From Acidimicrobiia bacterium (GTDB lineage: Bacteria > Actinomycetota > Acidimicrobiia > Acidimicrobiales > Bin134), in assembly GCA_022822905.1 (NCBI GenBank), contig JAJDYE010000016.1, forward strand, positions 152,731 through 216,730: a stretch of 64,000 nt of DNA. Direction: 5' to 3'. Each line of letters opens with the position of its first letter. Positions within the stretch are counted from its first letter, which is position 1. The translations under genes were made by a program, and so were the position numbers. Positions 58,457 to 64,000 of this stretch are shown here, piece after piece. Below the pieces are notes generated by a model, which was not told the DNA's origin, searched no databases, and saw only the letters and a program-made list of their open reading frames with translations.

Positions 58457-59749
58457 CTAATCGCCGGGCCTCTCGTGGCAGACGTCAGCGCCGAGAGCGC
58501 TGAGCTTGCCGGCGAAGTCCTCGTAGCCCCGGTCGATGTGATGGGGGTCGGACACCACGGTGACACCGTCGGCAGCCAGGCCGGCTACCACCAGCGCCGC
58601 CCCCGCCCGGATGTCGGACGCCCGAACCGGCGCCCCGCTGAGCCGGTCCACACCCCGGATCACCGCGTGGTGGCCCTCGGTGCGGATGTCGGCGCCCATG
58701 CGCACCAGCTCGTCCACATAGCGAAACCGGCCTGAAAACAGGTTCTCAGTAACGATCCCCACCCCTTCGGCCACCGACAACATGGCCACCAGCAGCGGCT
58801 TGCAGTCGGTGGGCAAGCCGGGATAGGGCAGCGTGGACACATCGGCGGAACGGAGGCGACCGCTGCACATGGCCCAAACACCATCGGGATCAGACGAGGT
58901 CCGCACCCCCATCTCGCCCAGCTTGCGGCACAGTATCGCCATATGGTCGAGGCGGGCACCCACCAGGGTGATCTCGCCGGTGGCCACACCGAGAGCAGCC
59001 AAGAACGTGGCGGCTTCGATCCGGTCGCTCACCACCGTGTACTCCACCGGGCGGAGCTCCTCTACCCCCTCCACCGTGATGGTGGACGTACCCGCCCCGA
59101 GTACATGGCCACCCATGTGGTTCAAGAATCCGGCCAGATCGGCAATCTCCGGTTCCCGGGCGGCGTTGTCGATGACCGTGGTTCCCTTGGCCCGGACGGC
59201 AGCCATCATCACATTCTCGGTGGCTCCCACGCTGGGATACTCCAATAGCACTGAGTTGCCCACCAGATTGTCGGTAGCGGCGTGGACGTCCCCGCCGGAA
59301 ATCTCGAACCGACAGCCGATTGCCTCCAGTCCGGCAATGTGCATGTCGATGGGCCGAGGGCCGAAATCGTCTCCTCCGGGCAAGGCCACCCGGGCATGCC
59401 CGATCCCGGCCAGCAGGGGTCCCAAAACCGCCGTGGAAGCTCGTAGCTGCTCGGTCAGCGCATAGGGCGCCTCGGGGATTATGGCCTCGGGGCGTTCAAT
59501 GGCGAGGGCGTCGCCCACTCGGCTAACAGAGACGCCCATGGCCCGCAGCACATCGGCCATCACCGCCACATCGTGGATGTCGGGCACATTGCGGATCACA
59601 AACGTGCCCTCCGTGAGCAGGCAGGCGGCCATAAGCTTCAGCACCGAGTTTTTGGCCCCGCCGATGGCCACTGTGCCCTCCAGGGGACCATTGGCCCTCA
59701 CCTCAATGCGATCCTGCCGCTCGAAGTCCTCCTGATGGCCTCGCTCCAC
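58457..59749 (-). CDS. murA: UDP-N-acetylglucosamine 1-carboxyvinyltransferase
   Basis: 430 aa. GGAKNSVLKLMAACLL and the overall EPSP-synthase-like pattern fit MurA. Confidence 0.9.
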   Translation of the reverse strand: MERGHQEDFERQDRIEVRANGPLEGTVAIGGAKNSVLKLMAACLLTEGTFVIRNVPDIHDVAVMADVLRAMGVSVSRVGDALAIERPEAIIPEAPYALTEQLRASTAVLGPLLAGIGHARVALPGGDDFGPRPIDMHIAGLEAIGCRFEISGGDVHAATDNLVGNSVLLEYPSVGATENVMMAAVRAKGTTVIDNAAREPEIADLAGFLNHMGGHVLGAGTSTITVEGVEELRPVEYTVVSDRIEAATFLAALGVATGEITLVGARLDHMAILCRKLGEMGVRTSSDPDGVWAMCSGRLRSADVSTLPYPGLPTDCKPLLVAMLSVAEGVGIVTENLFSGRFRYVDELVRMGADIRTEGHHAVIRGVDRLSGAPVRASDIRAGAALVVAGLAADGVTVVSDPHHIDRGYEDFAGKLSALGADVCHERPGD

Positions 59750-59838
59750 CCGACAAGTATGGTCCCCTCGCCGCCGGCAGCACAGTCATGGTGTGGTCGC
59801 GGGGTGGAGCCGCAACAAAAGTAAGCTGCCTCCAGCCC

Positions 59839-61350
59839 ATGCCCCGAGTGATCTCTCGTCGCGTTCTGAGCACCGATACCGCCGATGGCGTGCTGAACGG
59901 CCCCAGCGGCCTGCTATCCCCTCGAACCGACATCGTCTTGGAACGCGCTGAGGGCGACGCCGTCTTTTCCGCCGCCGAGGGACCGGTCTCGCAATACCAA
60001 CGCACGGTCACCGTCGAGCCGGTGGGCTCTGATCAGGTAGAGGTCACCGAGCAGTTCGACTATCGCCTGGCCATCCCGGTTTGGTGGGTGCTCTTCACCG
60101 TCCCCTTCAGCCGGGCCCTCCGCCAAGGACGGGAGTGGCCCTGGTGGCACCCCCCAGACCGTTTCACCTCCCGACAGGCCCGGATTGTGGCGTTGCTGGC
60201 CACCCTGGCCGTGATCGCCGGATTCTTGGGCACACTGCTCGGCCAAACCATCACCTTCGCCCGAGAGGAGTTCGGAGAGAGCAAGTCGGCTCAGGGCATC
60301 GCCCTTTCGCTGATCCGGCTCAGCATTTTGATCACGGTGGCAGTGGCCGCGTTCGCCGACCGGAAAGGGCGGCGGCGCACCCTGCTCTACGCGGCAGCCG
60401 GTGCCATTTTGGCCTCAGCGGCGACATCGCTGGTGGCCAACCTGGCCACCCTGACCGCGGTCCAGGCAATTTCCCGGGGACTGTCCCACGCCATGGCGCT
60501 GCTCATCTTTGTGTTCGCGCTCGAAGAAGCCCCCGCCGGCTCACGGGCCTTTGTGGCCTCCATGCTGGGACTGGCCGCCGGGTTGGGCTCGGGAATTGCC
60601 GTCGGTTCGGTGCCCCTCGCCGACCTGGGGGACACTGCGTGGCGGCTCAGTTTCCTCCTCGCGCTGGCTGGACTGCCCCTGGTGTTTTTCGCGGCCCGTC
60701 GGTTGCCCGAATCCCAGCGGTTTGAGACTGCCCGTCGACAGCCCCGAACCCGACCGCCCCAGCAGTACCGCTTCCGACTGGTGCTCCTGGCTGTGACCTC
60801 GTTTGCCGTGCTGCTGTTCGCCGCACCGGCCTCTCAACTGCAAAACGACTTTCTGCGTGACGAACGGGGCTTTAGCGCCACCAAGATCACGGTGTTCACC
60901 CTGCTCACCGCCTGGACGGCGGGACCGGGCATGCTCATCGCCGGCAAGCTGGCCGACCTTCGGGGCCGACGGGTCCTCGCCTCCATCGGTGTGAGCGGCG
61001 GCGCACTGTTCGCCTTCTGGCACTTCACCCTGGCGGGATGGCCCATGTGGGTTCTGATCGCAATTGGAACGCTCATGACCGCCACTACTGTGCCGACGCT
61101 GGGGGTGTACCGGGCCGAGATGTTCGGCACGATTCGCCGGTCGGAGTCCAACGGATTCCTCGGCGTAGCCGGAGTCGCCGGCAGTGCCGCCGGCCTCGCA
61201 GCCGCCGGGTTCATGGCCGACGCCTGGGGCTACGGCACCGCGTTCGCCGTCCTCATAGCCGGCCCAATCCTCGTCGCCATCCTGATACTCCTCTACTACC
61301 CCGAAACAACGCGCCGCTCCCTGGAAGAACTAAACCCCGAGGACTCCTAG
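59839..61350 (+). CDS. MFS transporter with ~110-130 aa non-MFS N-terminal extension
   Basis: About 12 TM helices with the FADRKGRRRT loop motif. The ATG at 59839 is preferred over the track start at 59788. The start is uncertain. Confidence 0.65.
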   Translation: MPRVISRRVLSTDTADGVLNGPSGLLSPRTDIVLERAEGDAVFSAAEGPVSQYQRTVTVEPVGSDQVEVTEQFDYRLAIPVWWVLFTVPFSRALRQGREWPWWHPPDRFTSRQARIVALLATLAVIAGFLGTLLGQTITFAREEFGESKSAQGIALSLIRLSILITVAVAAFADRKGRRRTLLYAAAGAILASAATSLVANLATLTAVQAISRGLSHAMALLIFVFALEEAPAGSRAFVASMLGLAAGLGSGIAVGSVPLADLGDTAWRLSFLLALAGLPLVFFAARRLPESQRFETARRQPRTRPPQQYRFRLVLLAVTSFAVLLFAAPASQLQNDFLRDERGFSATKITVFTLLTAWTAGPGMLIAGKLADLRGRRVLASIGVSGGALFAFWHFTLAGWPMWVLIAIGTLMTATTVPTLGVYRAEMFGTIRRSESNGFLGVAGVAGSAAGLAAAGFMADAWGYGTAFAVLIAGPILVAILILLYYPETTRRSLEELNPEDS

Positions 61351-61919
61351 AGCGCCTCCAACCAGCTGGCCACTGCGTCCACAATCACAGCATCAGACCT
61401 CCTCGGATCGTGGCGCTCACCTTCTAGCCACACGACAGTCACCGGGCCGTTGATGGCGGGCAAATGCTGATCGAACTCCTCGGGCGTGCCGAAGGAATCG
61501 CGGTCACCCGAGATGAACAGGCAAGGCACGTCAATTTCCGGAAAATGCCCAGTCCGCAGACTTTCCGGCTTCTTCGGCGGATGCAGCGGATAGCTCAGCA
61601 GCACCAAGCCCGCGGCGGGCATCCCGTCGGCCACGGCCATAGAGCACATCCTCCCGCCCATCGACCGGCCCCCCAGCACTAGGCGCCCCGGTTCGGTTCC
61701 CAGACGTGTGGCGATGGCCGGGACCTCCTCATCGAGGAAGGCCAGCAGCTTGGGGGCTCGATCGGGAGGTCGGCGACCCTGATTCCGGTAGGGGAAGTTG
61801 ACCCGTTCCACCGGCAAGGGGGCCAGCCCCTCGGCAATGGCCACCAATGTGTGCTGATCGCGATCCCCGCCCGCGCCGTGAAAGAGCACCAACCCGTCCA
61901 CTGCTGGTCCAGCCATCAC
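61347..61919 (-). CDS. Alpha/beta hydrolase (KANL3/Tex30-like, dienelactone hydrolase fold)
   Basis: LVLFHGAGGD, and GGRSMGGRM as the nucleophile-elbow-like motif. Confidence 0.65.
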   Translation of the reverse strand: MMAGPAVDGLVLFHGAGGDRDQHTLVAIAEGLAPLPVERVNFPYRNQGRRPPDRAPKLLAFLDEEVPAIATRLGTEPGRLVLGGRSMGGRMCSMAVADGMPAAGLVLLSYPLHPPKKPESLRTGHFPEIDVPCLFISGDRDSFGTPEEFDQHLPAINGPVTVVWLEGERHDPRRSDAVIVDAVASWLEAL

Positions 61920-62731
61920 ATATACCGGCGCAGCAATTCCCGCAGAGCCCCTGCGGCTTGCTCGGCCGCGGCATCGCCTTCAACCGGGTCGGGTCCGGCC
62001 ACCAGGGCCTCCCGCAGACTGTCGGCGGCCTCCAGCATTGCCCGCCAGAAATCAGGCTCGTACCCCCACGGCAGGCTGAGCTGCACCACCTGTTCGTGGG
62101 CCAACGCGAAGTCCTCCACCGCCTTGGAATCAGACGTGTTGCGGTGCAGCCGGTCGGCGGAGAAGAACAGCGCCTCCAGCACCTGATAGGGCTCCACCCC
62201 GGGCAAGCCCGGTCCGAACTGGCGTTCGGAAACGGCGCTGGAGAGTCGGTCGAACAGCGCGTCCACCGCCTCCTCGTCGGCTTCGGCCACCTCCAGGTTG
62301 CCGGCGTAGTCCACTTCGTGGGCGATGCCCTCCGACAACAGCTCGCTCAGTACGTTGGCCTTGTGGGCATCGTCGAAGTCTCTCAACTCGTACACCACCG
62401 CAGGCAGGCTCTTGTCGAACTTCGGGAGCTGCTCTCGCAGCACCGCCTCCACGGCCTGGTCCACCACCTCCTCGTCGCGCTCACACATAATCAGCGTCGG
62501 TCCCAGCCAGGCGTGCTCCAACTCCTGGGCTCGCAGCGCTGCCTCCAAGCGACTGCGGGCGTCGTAGGACCATTCGTGAAACTCGTAGGCAAGCTGCTCG
62601 TCGTCTGGCCCACCCACCTCTTCGGGCTGCTGGGGCTGGGTGGGAAACGTGGCCACGCCACACTCAGCGCACTCCGACACGTCGTCGTCGTAGGGGGCGC
62701 CGCATTGAAAGCACCAAACCATGCCGAACAT
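61916..62731 (-). CDS. Hypothetical protein with N-terminal zinc-ribbon (CxxC...CxxC)
   Basis: The N-terminus is WCFQCGAPYDDDVSECAECG. The rest is acidic and helical. Confidence 0.45.
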   Translation of the reverse strand: MFGMVWCFQCGAPYDDDVSECAECGVATFPTQPQQPEEVGGPDDEQLAYEFHEWSYDARSRLEAALRAQELEHAWLGPTLIMCERDEEVVDQAVEAVLREQLPKFDKSLPAVVYELRDFDDAHKANVLSELLSEGIAHEVDYAGNLEVAEADEEAVDALFDRLSSAVSERQFGPGLPGVEPYQVLEALFFSADRLHRNTSDSKAVEDFALAHEQVVQLSLPWGYEPDFWRAMLEAADSLREALVAGPDPVEGDAAAEQAAGALRELLRRYM

Positions 62732-62773
62732 GGTCTCAGATAACGGGGCAGCGGTCGCATCGCAGCACTACGG

Positions 62774-63781
62774 TTGGGCAACGTGAACGCATCGCCCGAG
62801 ACCCCCGACCGCAACCTGGCGATGGAGCTGGTCCGAGTGACCGAAGTTGCCGCTCTGGCCGCTTCCCGTTGGATGGGTAGGGGCGACAAGGAGGGGGCCG
62901 ACGGCGCCGCGGTGGAGGCCATGCGGGTGCTGCTGCGGACCGTGCCGATGGACGGGATCGTGGTGATCGGCGAGGGCGAGAAGGACGAAGCCCCCATGCT
63001 CTTCAACGGGGAGCTGATCGGCGACGGAACGCCTCCCGAATGCGACATCGCGGTAGACCCCATCGACGGCACCACGCTCACCTCGCTGGGCCGGGCCAAC
63101 GCCCTGTCGGTGATCGCGGTGTCCGACCGGGGCACCATGTTCAACCCCGGACCCTGCGTGTACATGGAGAAGATCGCCTACGGTCCCGAATGCGTGGGCT
63201 ATGGCATCTCGATGGACAACTCCCCCACCCGCAACCTCGAGCTGGTGGCCGAGGCCAAGAGCGAGCCGGTGAGGGATGTGACCGCGGTGATCCTCGACCG
63301 CGACCGCCACTCGGAGCTGATCGCCGAGGTGCGCGACGCCGGCGCCCGTATCCGGCTCATTCCCGACGGCGATGTGGCCGGGGCCATCTCCACCGCGTGG
63401 CCCGACTCAGGGGCCGACATACTGTTCGGCATCGGGGGAACCCCCGAGGGCGTCATCTCTGCGGCCGCCCTCAAGTGCATGGGCGGTGAGCAACTCGGGA
63501 GGCTTTGGCCCCGCAACGACAGGGAGCGCAAGGAGGCGGAGAAGCTGGGTCGGGATGTGACTCAGGTGCTCACCGCCGACGACTTGGTTCAAGGCGACAA
63601 CTGTTTCTTCGCCGCCACCGGGATTACCGACGGCGACCTGCTCAGGGGCGTCCACTACTACAAGAACCACGCCAGCACTCAGTCGCTGGTCATGCGGTCG
63701 AAGTCGGGCACCGTGCGGCTGGTGACCGCCGACCACCAATTGGACAAGCTGAACAGCTTCTCCGCCATCGAGTTCGGCTAG
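62774..63781 (+). CDS. glpX: Class II fructose-1,6-bisphosphatase
   Basis: [38 protein letters not shown]...[13 protein letters not shown]...DPIDGT is typical of GlpX. Confidence 0.9.
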   Translation: MGNVNASPETPDRNLAMELVRVTEVAALAASRWMGRGDKEGADGAAVEAMRVLLRTVPMDGIVVIGEGEKDEAPMLFNGELIGDGTPPECDIAVDPIDGTTLTSLGRANALSVIAVSDRGTMFNPGPCVYMEKIAYGPECVGYGISMDNSPTRNLELVAEAKSEPVRDVTAVILDRDRHSELIAEVRDAGARIRLIPDGDVAGAISTAWPDSGADILFGIGGTPEGVISAAALKCMGGEQLGRLWPRNDRERKEAEKLGRDVTQVLTADDLVQGDNCFFAATGITDGDLLRGVHYYKNHASTQSLVMRSKSGTVRLVTADHQLDKLNSFSAIEFG

Positions 63782-63783
63782 CG

Positions 63784-63806
63784 TCCTGCCCCTGAAAGCG
63801 GCAGGA
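63784..63806. terminator. Weak hairpin between convergent genes (7-bp stem TCCTGCC/GGCAGGA, 9-nt loop)
   Basis: Seen directly after the glpX stop. There is no clear U-tract. Confidence 0.25.
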
Positions 63807-63823
63807 TGAGTTCGGCTAGCCGC

Positions 63824-64000
63824 TTACTGATCGGTTCGGTACAGGTAACGCAGATCCCAGTAGCCGTACAGCGTCGGCGTGGTGTTGCCGAACACGTTGC
63901 GGACCGCCCCCAAACGCTCAGACTGGGTGGTGTAGATGAGCGGCACGTTCTCGGCGACAATTGTCTGCGCATCCCAGTAGTGCTGCACCCGCTGCTCGTG
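63824..64000 (-). CDS. C-terminal fragment of an ABC transporter family-5 (peptide/nickel type) substrate-binding protein; 5' part outside window
   Basis: Hand translation of the reverse strand gives HEQRVQHYWDAQTIVAENVPLIYTTQSERLGAVRNVFGNTTPTLYGYWDLRYLYRTDQ*. This is typical of an SBP_bac_5 C-terminus. Confidence 0.5.
   Translation of the reverse strand, partial: HEQRVQHYWDAQTIVAENVPLIYTTQSERLGAVRNVFGNTTPTLYGYWDLRYLYRTDQ

Noticed and set aside
58367-58735. 122-aa plus-strand track ORF antisense to the murA 3' region
   Set aside because: It is Trp/Arg/Pro/Cys-rich and antisense to a well-supported murA. Only the alternative 44-codon frame starting at 58369 looked protein-like, and that is reported separately at low confidence.

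Overview
The window is a high-G+C (hand counts about 63-70% in core genes), gene-dense bacterial chromosome segment with an actinobacterial flavour: gatCAB, a PASTA Ser/Thr kinase, an LLM/F420-type oxidoreductase, REP13E12-like DUF222-HNH, and mnmA plus cysteine desulfurase. I saw no rRNA, tRNA or CRISPR array. Content from left to right is as follows. (1) 1-5.9 kb is a compositionally foreign island. It holds a truncated STAND/AAA ATPase divergent from a 998-aa PD-(D/E)xK nuclease + N6-adenine methyltransferase fusion (Type IIG-like), followed by a TcmP / DUF5131 (Gp37/Gp68 three-Cys) pair at much lower G+C. This is my best candidate for an undescribed defence or DNA-modification system. (2) 6-14.6 kb holds a gatCAB operon extended by an MBL hydrolase and a nitroreductase-SRPBCC fusion, an SCP2 protein and a PASTA kinase. 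(3) 14.6-29.1 kb is a 15-gene, mostly 4-nt-overlapping minus-strand catabolic operon. It encodes cupin, creatininase, a split ABC importer, GMC oxidoreductase, ADH, ALDH, class II aldolase, an orphan CoxL-like Mo-hydroxylase, LLM, aminotransferase and MarR. (4) 30.1-37.6 kb is a lower-G+C variable segment. It contains three toxin-antitoxin-like pairs, a direct-repeat-flanked DUF222-HNH element, a 37-bp duplicated fragment of an exonuclease gene, a DEDDh-BRCT exonuclease and an atypically long (991 aa) NAD-dependent ligase with a tandemly duplicated HhH module. (5) 37.6-53.9 kb is a myo-inositol catabolic and transport cluster (iolC, D, G, B, IolE-like, aldolase). It includes an oversized permease and a desaturase-Rieske fusion. 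(6) 53.9-64 kb holds housekeeping genes (mnmA, cysteine desulfurase, NifU-like, murA, glpX and others). All functional calls come from motif recognition by eye, not from database searches.
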